DNA of 64,000 nucleotides from a virus (Duplodnaviria; Heunggongvirae; Uroviricota; Caudoviricetes): IMG/VR virus record IMGVR_UViG_2880412407_000011; one strand, 5' to 3'. Shown piece by piece: positions 10,082 to 23,127 of this stretch (position 1 is its first letter; each line of letters starts with the position of its first letter). The notes under the pieces were generated by a model. It saw only the letters and a program-made list of their open reading frames with translations, ran no database searches and was not told where the DNA came from. The position numbers and the translations under genes were made by a program.

Positions 10082-10780
10082 ATGCAGGATATTCCACAGG
10101 AAACACATCATGAGACGACACGCCTCACTCAGTCAGCCCAGGTGGTGCTCTGGGAAATCGATCTGACAGTGGTCGGTGGAGAACGTTATTTTTTCTGTAA
10201 TGAGCAGAACGAAAAAGGTGAGCCGGTCACCTGGCAGGGGCGACAGTATCAGGCGTATCCCATTCAGGGGACGGGATTTGAACTGAACGGCAAGGGCAGT
10301 GCTGCCCGTCCGACACTGACGGTTTCTAACCTGCACGGCATGGTCACCGGGATGGCGGAAGACCTGCAGAGTCTGGTCGGAGGAACGGTGGTCCGGCGTA
10401 AGGTTTACGCCCGTTTTCTGGATGCGGTGAACTTCGTCAACGGAAACAGTGACGCCGATCCGGAGCAGGAGGTGATCAGCCGCTGGCGCATCGAGCAGTG
10501 CAGCGAACTGAGCGCGGTGAGTGCCTCTTTTGTACTGTCCACGCCGACGGAAACGGACGGTGCCGTTTTTCCGGGACGTATCATGCTGGCCAACACCTGC
10601 ACCTGGACCTATCGCGGTGATGAGTGCGGTTATCACGGTCCGGCGGTCGCGGATGAATATGATCAGCCGACGTCCGATATCACGAAGGATAAATGCAGCA
10701 AATGCCTGAGCGGCTGTAAGTTTCGCAATAACGTCGGCAACTTTGGCGGCTTCCTTTCCATTAACAAACTTTCGCAGTGA
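10082..10780 (+). CDS. L: minor tail protein L
   Basis: 232 aa; near-identical by eye to lambda gpL (VVLWEIDLTV.GGERYFFCNE...GNFGGFLSINKLSQ). Confidence 0.9.
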   Translation: MQDIPQETHHETTRLTQSAQVVLWEIDLTVVGGERYFFCNEQNEKGEPVTWQGRQYQAYPIQGTGFELNGKGSAARPTLTVSNLHGMVTGMAEDLQSLVGGTVVRRKVYARFLDAVNFVNGNSDADPEQEVISRWRIEQCSELSAVSASFVLSTPTETDGAVFPGRIMLANTCTWTYRGDECGYHGPAVADEYDQPTSDITKDKCSKCLSGCKFRNNVGNFGGFLSINKLSQ

Positions 10781-10785
10781 ATCCC

Positions 10786-11529
10786 ATGACAGAGACAGAA
10801 TCAGCGATTCTGGCGCACGCCCGGCGATGTGCGCCAGCGGAGTCGTGCGGCTTCGTGGTGAGAACACCGGAGGGGGAAAGATATTTTCCCTGCGTGAATA
10901 TCTCCGGTGAGCCGGAGGAGTATTTCCGGATGTCGCCGGAGGACTGGCTGCGGGCAGAGATGCAGGGTGAGATTGTGGCGCTGGTCCACAGCCACCCCGG
11001 TGGTCTGCCCTGGCTGAGTGAGACCGACCGGCGGCTGCAGGTGCAGAGTGATTTGCCGTGGTGGCTGGTTTGCCGGGGGGCGATTCACAAGTTCCGCTGT
11101 GTGCCACATCTTTCCGGGCGGCGCTTTGAGCACGGGGTGACGGACTGTTACACGCTGTTCCGGGATGCTTACCATCTGGCGGGGATTGAGATGCCGGATT
11201 TTCATCGCGAGGATGACTGGTGGCGTAACGGTCAGAATCTCTATCTGGATAATCTGGAGGCCACAGGGCTGTATCAGGTGCCGTTGTCAGCGGCGCAGCC
11301 GGGCGATGTGCTGCTGTGCTGTTTTGGTTCATCGGTGCCGAATCATGCCGCCATTTACTGTGGTGACAGCGAGCTGCTGCACCATATTCCTGAACAACTG
11401 AGCAAACGAGAGAGGTACACCGACAAATGGCAGCGACGCACACACTCCCTCTGGCGTCACCGGGCATGGCACGCATCTGCCTTTACGGGGATTTACAACG
11501 ATTTGGCCGCCGCATCGACCTTCGAGTGA
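10786..11529 (+). CDS. K: tail tip assembly protein K (NlpC/P60 + JAB-like)
   Basis: MTETESAILAHARRC... lambda gpK-like; HSHP motif. Confidence 0.9.
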   Translation: MTETESAILAHARRCAPAESCGFVVRTPEGERYFPCVNISGEPEEYFRMSPEDWLRAEMQGEIVALVHSHPGGLPWLSETDRRLQVQSDLPWWLVCRGAIHKFRCVPHLSGRRFEHGVTDCYTLFRDAYHLAGIEMPDFHREDDWWRNGQNLYLDNLEATGLYQVPLSAAQPGDVLLCCFGSSVPNHAAIYCGDSELLHHIPEQLSKRERYTDKWQRRTHSLWRHRAWHASAFTGIYNDLAAASTFE

Positions 11530-12074
11530 AAACGGGGTCCGAAGCCATCCGGGCGCTGGCCATGCAGAACCCGGCGTTTCGTCAGAAACTGAGCGACGGC
11601 TGGTACCAGGTACGCATTGCCGGGCGTGATGCAGGTGAAACCGAATTGTCTGCCCGTCTTAATGAGCCGCTGGCAAATGGTGCCGTGATCCACATCGTGC
11701 CGCGTCTGGCGGGAGCTAAAAGTGGCGGTGTGTTTCAGGTGGTGCTGGGGGCGGCGCTGATTGCGGTGGCATGGTGGAACCCTGTGGGCTGGCTGGGTGC
11801 CGCGGCTGTATCGGGCATGTATGCGGCAGGGGCCAGTATGATCCTGGGCGGAGTGGCGCAGATGCTGGCACCGAAAGCCAGGACGCCCACGGCAGCAAGT
11901 ACAGATAACGGCAAACAGAACACCTATTTCTCGTCACTGGATAACATGGTTGCCCAGGGCAATGTTCTGCCCGTTCTGTACGGTGAAATGCGCGTGGGGT
12001 CGCGGGTGGTCTCTCAGGAGATCAGCACGGCAGACGAAGGGGATGGTGGTCAGGTTGTGGTGATTGGTCGCTGA
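11427..12074 (+). CDS. I: tail assembly protein I
   Basis: MAATHTLPLASPGMARICLYGDLQRFGRRIDL... and C-terminus match lambda gpI. Confidence 0.9.
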   Translation: MAATHTLPLASPGMARICLYGDLQRFGRRIDLRVKTGSEAIRALAMQNPAFRQKLSDGWYQVRIAGRDAGETELSARLNEPLANGAVIHIVPRLAGAKSGGVFQVVLGAALIAVAWWNPVGWLGAAAVSGMYAAGASMILGGVAQMLAPKARTPTAASTDNGKQNTYFSSLDNMVAQGNVLPVLYGEMRVGSRVVSQEISTADEGDGGQVVVIGR

Positions 12075-12134
12075 TGCAAAACATTTTATGTGAAACCGCC
12101 TGCGGGCGGTTTTGTCGTTTATGGAGCGTGATGA

Positions 12135-15533
<3,399 letters not shown>

Positions 15534-15550
15534 ATTTTATAACCCAGAAC

Positions 15551-15578
15551 GGGCGTCAGAAATGACGCCTTTTTTATT
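15551..15578 (+). terminator. intrinsic terminator downstream of J
   Basis: ggcgtca-gaaa-tgacgcc hairpin plus T-run. Confidence 0.55.
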
Positions 15579-15599
15579 GCAGAAAAGCGAGAGGTAATT

Positions 15600-16199
15600 A
15601 TGCGTAAACTTTATGCCGCCATTTTGTCCGCAGCCATTTGTCTGGCCGTATCCGGTGTGCCTGCATGGGCGTCTGAACATAAGTCCACGCTGAGCGCGGG
15701 GTATCTTCATGCCCGGACGAACGTTCCCGGCAGTGATGATCTGAACGGGATTAACGTGAAATACCGTTATGAGTTTACGGACACACTGGGGATGGTGACG
15801 TCTTTCAGCTATGCAGGAGACAAGAATCGCCAGCTGACCCATTACAGCGATACCCGCTGGCATGAAGATTCCGTTCGTAACCGCTGGTTCAGCGTAATGG
15901 CGGGGCCGTCTGTGCGCGTGAATGAATGGTTCAGCGCGTATGCGATGGCGGGTGTGGCTTACAGCCGTGTGTCGACTTTCTCCGGGGATTATCTCCGCGT
16001 AACTGACAACAAGGGGAAAACGCACGACGTGCTGACCGGAAGTGATGACGGTCGCCACAGCAACACGTCTCTGGCGTGGGGAGCTGGCGTGCAGTTTAAC
16101 CCGACCGAATCCGTGGCCATTGATATTGCTTATGAAGGCTCCGGCAGTGGCGACTGGCGCACTGACGGTTTCATCGTGGGTGTCGGTTATAAGTTCTGA
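15600..16199 (+). CDS. lom: Lom outer-membrane protein (Ail/Lom/OmpX family)
   Basis: 199 aa with signal peptide; C-terminus IAYEGSGSGDWRTDGFIVGVGYKF as in lambda Lom; flanked by terminators. Confidence 0.9.
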   Translation: MRKLYAAILSAAICLAVSGVPAWASEHKSTLSAGYLHARTNVPGSDDLNGINVKYRYEFTDTLGMVTSFSYAGDKNRQLTHYSDTRWHEDSVRNRWFSVMAGPSVRVNEWFSAYAMAGVAYSRVSTFSGDYLRVTDNKGKTHDVLTGSDDGRHSNTSLAWGAGVQFNPTESVAIDIAYEGSGSGDWRTDGFIVGVGYKF

Positions 16200-16225
16200 T
16201 TAGCCAGGTAACACAGTGTTATGAC

Positions 16226-16253
16226 AGCCCGCCGGTTCAGGCGGGCTTTTTTG
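16226..16253 (+). terminator. intrinsic terminator downstream of lom
   Basis: agcccgcc-N6-ggcgggct hairpin plus T-run. Confidence 0.55.
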
Positions 16254-16263
16254 TGGGGTGAAT

Positions 16264-19218
16264 ATGGCAGTAAAGATTTCAGGTGTACTGAAAGATGGCA
16301 CAGGAAAACCGGTACAGAACTGCATAATCCAGCTGAAAGCAAAACGTAACAGCACCACGGTGGTGGTGAACACGGTGGCATCTGAAAATCCGGATGAAGC
16401 CGGGCGTTACAGCATGGACGTTGAGTACGGTCAGTACAGCGTTATTCTGTTGGTGGAAGGCTTCCCGCCGTCACATGCCGGGACCATCACCGTGTATGAA
16501 GATTCCCAACCCGGTACGCTGAATGATTTTCTCGGTGCCATGACGGAGGATGATGCCCGTCCGGAGGCACTGCGCCGTTTTGAACTGATGGTGGAAGAGG
16601 TGGCGCGTAACGCGTCCGCGGTGGCACAGAACACGGCAGCCGCGAAGAAGTCAGCCAGCACATCAGCCGGGCAGGCCGCGACGTCGGCTCAGTCAGCGTC
16701 TTCCAGCGCAGGAACGGCATCAACAAAGGCTACTGAAGCATCAAAAAGTGCTGCCGCTGCAGAGTCCTCAAAAAGCGCGGCAGCCACCAGTGCCGGTGCG
16801 GCGAAAACGTCAGAAACGAATGCCGCAGCATCACAACTATCAGCAGCCACTTCTGCATCCACCGCGACCACGAAGGCGTCAGAAGCTGCCACCTCAGCCC
16901 GGGATGCGGCGGCCTCAAAAGAGGCAGCGAAATCATCAGAAACGAACGCATCCTCGAGCGCCAGTAGTGCCGCTTCCTCGGCAACGGCGACAGCAAATTC
17001 TGCGAAGGCGGCAAAAACGTCTGAGACGAACGCTAAGTCTTCTGAAACGGCAGCGGGACAGAGTGCCTCAGCTGCGGCAGGCTCAAAAACAGCGGCTGCG
17101 TCGTCTGCCAGTGCAGCGTCAACAAGTGCCGGGCAGGCCTCAGCCAGTGCTAGCGCCGCCGGAAAATCGGCAGAAAGCGCCGCATCGTCCGCTTCAACAG
17201 CCACAACGAAGGCTGGCGAAGCCACTGAACAGGCCAGTGCAGCAGCGAGGTCTGCTTCCGCAGCGAAGACATCCGAGACGAACGCGAAAGCGTCGGAAAC
17301 CAGCGCAGAATCCTCAAAAACGGCTGCCGTATCGTCCGCCAGTTCGGCGACGTCATCGGCATCATCGGCGTCTGCTTCAAAAGATGAGGCGACCAGACAG
17401 GCGTCAGCAGCGAAGGGCAGCGCCACGACGGCATCCACGAAGGCGACAGAGGCAGCTGGCAGTGCGACGGCGGCAGCACAGAGCAAAAGTACAGCAGAAT
17501 CCGCGGCAACGCGCGCCGAGACAGCAGCAAAACGGGCAGAGGATATTGCATCCGCCGTGGCGCTTGAGGATGCGAGCACGACGAAAAAGGGGATAGTACA
17601 GCTCAGCAGTGCGATCGACAGCACTTCCGAGTCACTGGCGGCAACGCCAAAAGCAGTTAAGGCCGCGTATGACCTGGCTAACGGGAAATACACCGCACAG
17701 GATGCAACGACAGCACAGAAAGGGATAGTTCAGCTCAGCAGCGCGACCAACAGCACGTCTGAAACGCTGGCGGCAACGCCAAAGGCAGTAAAAGCAGCCA
17801 ATGACAATGCTGAGAAACGTCTGCAGAAAGATCAGAACGGTGCGGATATCCCTGGCAAAGACACCTTTACGAAAAATATTGGAGCCTGCCGCGCCTTCGG
17901 TGGGTCAGTAAGCACAACAACAGGAGACTGGACGACTGCACAGTTTATCGAGTGGCTGGATTCTCAGGGAGCATTTAACCATCCATACTGGATGTGCAAG
18001 GGTTCCTGGTCTTATGGCAATAATAAAATCATTACTGATACTGGCTGCGGTAATATTCATCTCGCCGGAGCTGTCATTGAAGTAATGGGGATAAAGTCAG
18101 CGATGACGATCCGCATTACCACACCGACCACCTCCACTGGTGGTGGAACAACTAACGCCCAGTTTACCTATATTAATCACGGAACAGATTATTCACCTGG
18201 CTGGCGAAGGGACTATAACTCCAGAAATAAGCCAACGGCATCAGAGATCGGGGCGTTACCGTCAGGTGGAACAGCAGTATCATCAGTTAATCTGTCTTCA
18301 AAAGGTCGGGTAACCGCGCTGACAGACAATACGCAGGGGGCAACAGGTCTTGAGTTATACGAGGTGTATAACAACGGATATCCAACAGCGTATGGAAATA
18401 TCATTCACCTGAAAGGGATGACAGCCGTTGGCGAAGGTGAGTTACTCATCGGCTGGAGTGGTACAAGCGGTGCTCATGCTCCGGCATTTATTCGTTCACG
18501 ACGGGATACGACCGACGCAAACTGGTCGCCGTGGGCGCAGCTTTACACCTCGGCTCATCCTCCTGCAGAGTTTTATCCAGTCGGTGCACCAATCCCGTGG
18601 CCATCAGATACCGTTCCGTCTGGCTATGCCCTGATGCAGGGGCAGACTTTTGACAAATCTGCATACCCGAAACTTGCAGCGGCTTATCCGTCAGGCGTGA
18701 TCCCTGATATGCGTGGCTGGACGATTAAGGGCAAACCTGCCAGTGGTCGGGCCGTATTGTCTCAGGAACAGGACGGCATTAAATCGCACACCCACAGCGC
18801 CAGCGCATCCAGCACGGATTTGGGGACGAAAACCACATCGTCGTTTGATTACGGCACTAAATCCACGAATAACACCGGGGCGCATACGCACAGTGTGAGC
18901 GGTACAGCCGCAAGTGCCGGAAACCATACTCATAGTGTCACAGGCGCATCAGCAGTCAGCCAGTGGTCACAAAATGGGTCAGTACATAAGGTTGTGTCTG
19001 CGGCCAGTGTGAATACAAGTGCTGCAGGAGCGCACACTCATAGTGTCAGCGGCACAGCTGCATCTGCAGGTGCACACGCACATACTGTCGGTATTGGTGC
19101 ACACACGCACTCCGTTGCGATTGGCTCACATGGACACACCATCACCGTTAACGCTGCTGGTAACGCGGAAAACACCGTCAAAAACATCGCATTTAACTAT
19201 ATTGTGAGGCTTGCATAA
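16264..19218 (+). CDS. stf: side tail fibre protein Stf (mosaic; HxH-repeat tip)
   Basis: N-terminus [20 protein letters not shown]... and C-terminus ...[31 protein letters not shown] match lambda Stf; Ala/Ser-rich shaft; repeated HTHS/HAHT motifs. Confidence 0.9.
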   Translation: MAVKISGVLKDGTGKPVQNCIIQLKAKRNSTTVVVNTVASENPDEAGRYSMDVEYGQYSVILLVEGFPPSHAGTITVYEDSQPGTLNDFLGAMTEDDARPEALRRFELMVEEVARNASAVAQNTAAAKKSASTSAGQAATSAQSASSSAGTASTKATEASKSAAAAESSKSAAATSAGAAKTSETNAAASQLSAATSASTATTKASEAATSARDAAASKEAAKSSETNASSSASSAASSATATANSAKAAKTSETNAKSSETAAGQSASAAAGSKTAAASSASAASTSAGQASASASAAGKSAESAASSASTATTKAGEATEQASAAARSASAAKTSETNAKASETSAESSKTAAVSSASSATSSASSASASKDEATRQASAAKGSATTASTKATEAAGSATAAAQSKSTAESAATRAETAAKRAEDIASAVALEDASTTKKGIVQLSSAIDSTSESLAATPKAVKAAYDLANGKYTAQDATTAQKGIVQLSSATNSTSETLAATPKAVKAANDNAEKRLQKDQNGADIPGKDTFTKNIGACRAFGGSVSTTTGDWTTAQFIEWLDSQGAFNHPYWMCKGSWSYGNNKIITDTGCGNIHLAGAVIEVMGIKSAMTIRITTPTTSTGGGTTNAQFTYINHGTDYSPGWRRDYNSRNKPTASEIGALPSGGTAVSSVNLSSKGRVTALTDNTQGATGLELYEVYNNGYPTAYGNIIHLKGMTAVGEGELLIGWSGTSGAHAPAFIRSRRDTTDANWSPWAQLYTSAHPPAEFYPVGAPIPWPSDTVPSGYALMQGQTFDKSAYPKLAAAYPSGVIPDMRGWTIKGKPASGRAVLSQEQDGIKSHTHSASASSTDLGTKTTSSFDYGTKSTNNTGAHTHSVSGTAASAGNHTHSVTGASAVSQWSQNGSVHKVVSAASVNTSAAGAHTHSVSGTAASAGAHAHTVGIGAHTHSVAIGSHGHTITVNAAGNAENTVKNIAFNYIVRLA
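17584..17799. repeat. tandem direct repeat (~90-bp units) inside stf
   Basis: Two copies of ...aaggggatagt(a/t)cagctcagcag(t/c)gcga...ctggcggcaacgccaaa(a/g)gcagt... about 126 bp apart, encoding [24 protein letters not shown] twice. Confidence 0.6.
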
Positions 19219-19739
19219 TGGCATTCAGAATGAGTGAACAAGCACGGACCATAAAAATTTATAATCTGCTGGCCGGAACTAATGAATTTATTGGTGAAGG
19301 TGACGCATATATTCCGCCTCATACAGGTCTGCCAGCAAACAGTACCGATATTGCACCGCCAGATATTCCGGCTGGCTTTGTGGCTGTTTTCAACAGTGAT
19401 GAGGCATCGTGGCATCTCGTTGAAGACCATCGGGGTAAAACCGTCTATGACGTGGCTTCCGGCGACGCGTTATTTATTTCTGAACTTGGCCCATTACCGG
19501 AAAATGTCACCTGGTTATCCCCGGAAGGGGAGTTTCAGAAGTGGAACGGCACAGCCTGGGTGAAGGATACGGAAGCAGAAAAACTGTTCCGGATCCGGGA
19601 GGCGGAAGAAACAAAAAACAACCTGATGCAGGTAGCCAGTGAGCATATTGCGCCGCTTCAGGATGCTGCAGATCTGGAAATCGCAACGGAGGAAGAAATC
19701 TCGTTGCTGGAAGCATGGAAAAAGTATCGAGTGAGGTAG
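19218..19739 (+). CDS. tfa: tail fibre assembly protein Tfa, 3' end replaced by IS insertion
   Basis: 173-aa lambda Tfa-like ORF; last two codons and stop supplied by the IS left end at 19732. Confidence 0.8.
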   Translation: MAFRMSEQARTIKIYNLLAGTNEFIGEGDAYIPPHTGLPANSTDIAPPDIPAGFVAVFNSDEASWHLVEDHRGKTVYDVASGDALFISELGPLPENVTWLSPEGEFQKWNGTAWVKDTEAEKLFRIREAEETKNNLMQVASEHIAPLQDAADLEIATEEEISLLEAWKKYRVR

Positions 19740-19795
19740 CCTGAGTTTAACGGACACTCCTTCCTGAAATAGAATGGCATCAGAAGGAGCTAATA

Positions 19796-20098
19796 ATGAG
19801 CAGAAAAACCCAACGTTACTCTAAAGAGTTCAAAGCCGAAGCTGTCAGAACGGTTCTTGAAAATCAACTTTCGATCAGTGAAGGCGCTTCCCGATTATCT
19901 CTTCCTGAAGGCACTTTAGGACAATGGGTTACCGCCGCCAGAAAAGGGCTCGGTACTCCTGGTTCCCGCACGGTGGCTGAACTGGAATCTGAAATTCTGC
20001 AACTGCGTAAGGCGTTAAATGAAGCTCGCCTTGAGCGAGATATATTAAAAAAAGCAACAGCGTATTTTGCACAGGAGTCGCTGAAAAATACGCGTTAA
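19796..20098 (+). CDS. IS3-family transposase OrfA (IS600-like)
   Basis: 100 aa HTH protein MSRKTQRYSKEFKAEAV...; identical copy on the minus strand at 26866-27168. Confidence 0.85.
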   Translation: MSRKTQRYSKEFKAEAVRTVLENQLSISEGASRLSLPEGTLGQWVTAARKGLGTPGSRTVAELESEILQLRKALNEARLERDILKKATAYFAQESLKNTR

Positions 20099-20133
20099 TC
20101 GAACAATGGCGACAACAATTTCCCATTGAAGCG

Positions 20134-20952
20134 ATGTGTCAGGTATTTGGTGTATCCAGGAGCGGTTATTACAACTGGGTACAGCATGAACCCTCAGACA
20201 GAAAACAAAGTGATGAGCGGCTAAAACTGGAGATTAAGGTGGCACATATCCGCACTCGCGAAACATATGGAACCCGGCGGCTCCAGACGGAGCTGGCAGA
20301 GAATGGCATCATCGTTGGTCGTGACCGACTGGCACGTCTTCGTAAGGAGCTAAGGCTACGCTGTAAGCAGAAACGCAAGTTCAGAGCGACTACGAACTCG
20401 AACCACAATCTGCCAGTTGCGCCAAATCTGCTGAACCAGACGTTCGCTCCTACAGCACCAAATCAGGTCTGGGTGGCGGACCTGACGTATGTTGCCACAC
20501 AGGAGGGATGGTTGTACCTCGCTGGCATCAAAGATGTTTATACGTGCGAAATTGTCGGCTACGCCATGGGAGAGCGCATGACAAAAGAGCTGACAGGTAA
20601 AGCTCTGTTTATGGCGCTCAGGAGCCAGCGCCCACCTGCCGGGCTAATCCACCACTCTGATCGAGGTTCACAGTACTGCGCATACGATTACCGGGTCATA
20701 CAGGAGCAGTTTGGTCTGAAAACATCAATGTCGCGTAAAGGTAACTGTTACGACAACGCTCCGATGGAAAGCTTCTGGGGAACGCTGAAAAATGAGAGCC
20801 TGAGCCACTATCGTTTTAATAACCGGGATGAAGCCATCTCAGTAATACGGGAATACATTGAGATTTTCTACAATCGTCAGCGTCGTCACTCTCGTCTGGG
20901 GAATATCTCCCCGGCAGCCTTCAGGGAAAAATATCATCAGATGGCTGCTTAA
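20134..20952 (+). CDS. IS3-family transposase OrfB (DDE integrase domain)
   Basis: 272 aa; HHSDRGSQY and DNAPMESFWG motifs; identical copy at 26012-26830. Confidence 0.85.
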   Translation: MCQVFGVSRSGYYNWVQHEPSDRKQSDERLKLEIKVAHIRTRETYGTRRLQTELAENGIIVGRDRLARLRKELRLRCKQKRKFRATTNSNHNLPVAPNLLNQTFAPTAPNQVWVADLTYVATQEGWLYLAGIKDVYTCEIVGYAMGERMTKELTGKALFMALRSQRPPAGLIHHSDRGSQYCAYDYRVIQEQFGLKTSMSRKGNCYDNAPMESFWGTLKNESLSHYRFNNRDEAISVIREYIEIFYNRQRRHSRLGNISPAAFREKYHQMAA

Positions 20953-20995
20953 AAAAAGAACAAATGGTAGTGTCCGCTATTGCCAGTACACCTCA

Positions 20996-21058
20996 GGGTA
21001 TTGCTGAACCGTGTTGATACGTCAACTGCACAGGATATTGAATGGCCAGCACTGCCGT
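20996..21058 (+). other. displaced 3' remnant of tfa
   Basis: Translates LNRVDTSTAQDIEWPALP*, the expected lambda-type Tfa C-terminus, directly after the IS right end. Confidence 0.6.
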
Positions 21059-21157
21059 AGGGTAAAACATATAAATTCTATAATTAGATGTATCTTTCCA
21101 TTTACGGCAAGGAAGGGGGCTTGGAAGACGTAAAGCATCTCACACCGAGATTATTTT

Positions 21158-21745
21158 TTATATGTCAGGTGTCTGAAGTTTTGCTTTGGCTCTTAAAATG
21201 GTTTGCCGCGAGGTTTTGAATTCCCGGGCAATGGCACTTATACTTACACCTGACTTAATTCGTTCGAATACCACCTGTTTCTGTTCTTCATTTAACACAG
21301 GTGGTCGACCAAAACGTCCTGCGCCGCGGGCTCTTACTATCCCGGAATGAGTGCGTTCAAGTAAAAGGTCTCGTTCAAATTCAGCGACTGCTGAAATTAC
21401 TTGCATCATCATTTTTCCTGTTGGACTGGTCAGGTCAATGCCCCCCAATGCTAAGCAATGCACTCTGATACCTGTTTCGGTCAGTTGCTCCACTGTTTTC
21501 CTGATATCCATTGCATTACAACCAAGGCGATCCAGTTTTGTCACAATCAATTGATCACCACATTTCAGGCGAGCAAGCAACCGGTTAAAACCAGGACGCT
21601 CACTGGTTGCTGCTGAGCCGCTAATGTGTTCTTCGATTATTTGCTGAGGTTTGATTTTAAAACCTGCACTTTCGATTTCCCGGCGTTGATTTTCGGTGGT
21701 CTGATCCAGCGTTGATATCCGACAGTAAGCAAAAATTCGAGACAT
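21158..21745 (-). CDS. pin: serine recombinase / DNA invertase (Pin/Gin/Hin family)
   Basis: 195 aa; N-terminal [12 protein letters not shown]... with catalytic Ser context, C-terminal HTH; adjacent to tail fibre genes. Confidence 0.85.
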   Translation of the reverse strand: MSRIFAYCRISTLDQTTENQRREIESAGFKIKPQQIIEEHISGSAATSERPGFNRLLARLKCGDQLIVTKLDRLGCNAMDIRKTVEQLTETGIRVHCLALGGIDLTSPTGKMMMQVISAVAEFERDLLLERTHSGIVRARGAGRFGRPPVLNEEQKQVVFERIKSGVSISAIAREFKTSRQTILRAKAKLQTPDI

Positions 21746-22061
21746 AGTGAGACTCTATACGAAATTGGTGTTCATATCATAATGCATCTCAGAAAATAAT
21801 CATGATTATTTTTGTGCATATTTGTATGTACACATTCGAAAATAAACGAATGCGTATGCAACCCCGTAATTTTGGTGAGACCCAAAATCGATTTTGTGAA
21901 AAATGGCTTTAACTCGGTTTGTTTTTCGAGTTCCGGGCGGACTCAAGGAAGAAGAATAGTGTTGCGTGTTATTTTAACCAGATTTCAAGTTGTTTGGTCG
22001 TGGAAAAGTGGAGCAAAATGTTGTTAAAGTGGGAAAATGATAAAAAAGTAAGTTTATTATA

Positions 22062-22328
22062 TTACATTTTACCATTTAAATTTTGGTTGTCTTTAAGAAC
22101 TGATATCGCTGTTTGTAATAATTCTTTGTTATCCAGCCATGATTTTTTCTTTATGTTTCCTTCAATGTAATCAAGCAATGTTCTGGTATTGATAGGTCTT
22201 CCCTGTTTTGCTACTTCCACTACAGCATCCCCTAGGATAATTCTTACTTCAGGAAGCTGCGCAGGGAACCACTTTAGGGTGTCTTTTGATTTCATGAAGA
22301 TATTCCTTAAAATATTATTGATTTTCAT
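22062..22328 (-). CDS. hypothetical protein in AT-rich junction island
   Basis: 88-aa ORF, very low GC context; no recognisable motif. Confidence 0.3.
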   Translation of the reverse strand: MKINNILRNIFMKSKDTLKWFPAQLPEVRIILGDAVVEVAKQGRPINTRTLLDYIEGNIKKKSWLDNKELLQTAISVLKDNQNLNGKM

Positions 22329-23127
22329 TGCGATATTGTATGTCTGATTCAGGATATGTTGACTTATACATCGGTTTTGTCTGGGTTATTGGATATGCCA
22401 ATCCCTAATTTTATTAGGGCATGACTAAAAATGCTGAATATGATAAGGAGAGATGTGATTATCAGTATGCTGTTCATATAGCCTCGAATTAGTAATGTGT
22501 TATATATGATATAGTTGACAATTTTTATCTTGGGTGTTCTTAAAGTTCGTAGATAAACATTGTCGTTTCAGGTATACAGGAATGCTAACAGGTGGCAGCA
22601 AAAATCAGGCGGTTTATGGCGCAAGCTGAAGCGGCAACTGCAAACTATCTTATGCAGAGACTCTACACGGATTGGGTTTAAAAGTATACATAGATAACAG
22701 TTTTTATCTGAAAAAGAAAAATATCAAGGTGATATAGCCTATATGCCTTTGATGCGGAGGAATGAATGTGATGGGAGTGATGTATCTGAATAGTTGAAAA
22801 ACCGCAGACACGCCTTATGCAAGAACGTGCTGCGGTTGGCTGGTAAATTTTTCGATAGTGCGAGTATTGAATGATTTCCAGCCGTTATTGATTTTACGCG
22901 TAACTCCATGAAAAAACTACTTATCTGTTGGGGAGTTTTTTTTGGGGCATATATGGGACAGAAATAGGCCCCAGATAGACACTGAGATCGAACTTAGGAT
23001 GCTTTTTAAAAAATGCAACTATCTGAAAAAACCTAGAAAACGCCAAGGAAACCACAGGATGGGAAAAAACACCTGTGAATTATGGATTTCAAGAGTCATT
23101 CAATCTAACTAATTGATAAATAAAAAA

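Larger units (their letters stand above)
19732..20995 (+). mobile_element. IS3-family insertion sequence, IS600-like (copy A), 1264 bp
   Basis: Ends TGAGGTAGCC...CCTCA; two ORFs (orfA/orfB) in -1 frame relation with an A7G slippery run at 20047-20054; second inverted copy at 24656-27232. Confidence 0.8.

Noticed and set aside
10133-11476. 447-aa minus-strand ORF antisense to L/K/I
   Set aside because: Pro/Ala/Arg-rich low-complexity translation overlapping three well-supported plus-strand tail genes.
16689-17693. Long minus-strand ORF (334 aa) and plus-strand R/Q-rich ORF (16748-17596) inside stf
   Set aside because: Both are alternative frames of the GC-rich Ala/Ser-repeat region of the tail fibre; low-complexity translation with no start context. 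The stf frame is the one with lambda homology.
21812-22170. Plus-strand ORFs of 71 and 83 aa in the AT-rich junction
   Set aside because: Low-complexity AT-rich translations without RBS; they overlap the slightly better supported minus-strand ORF. Not annotated.
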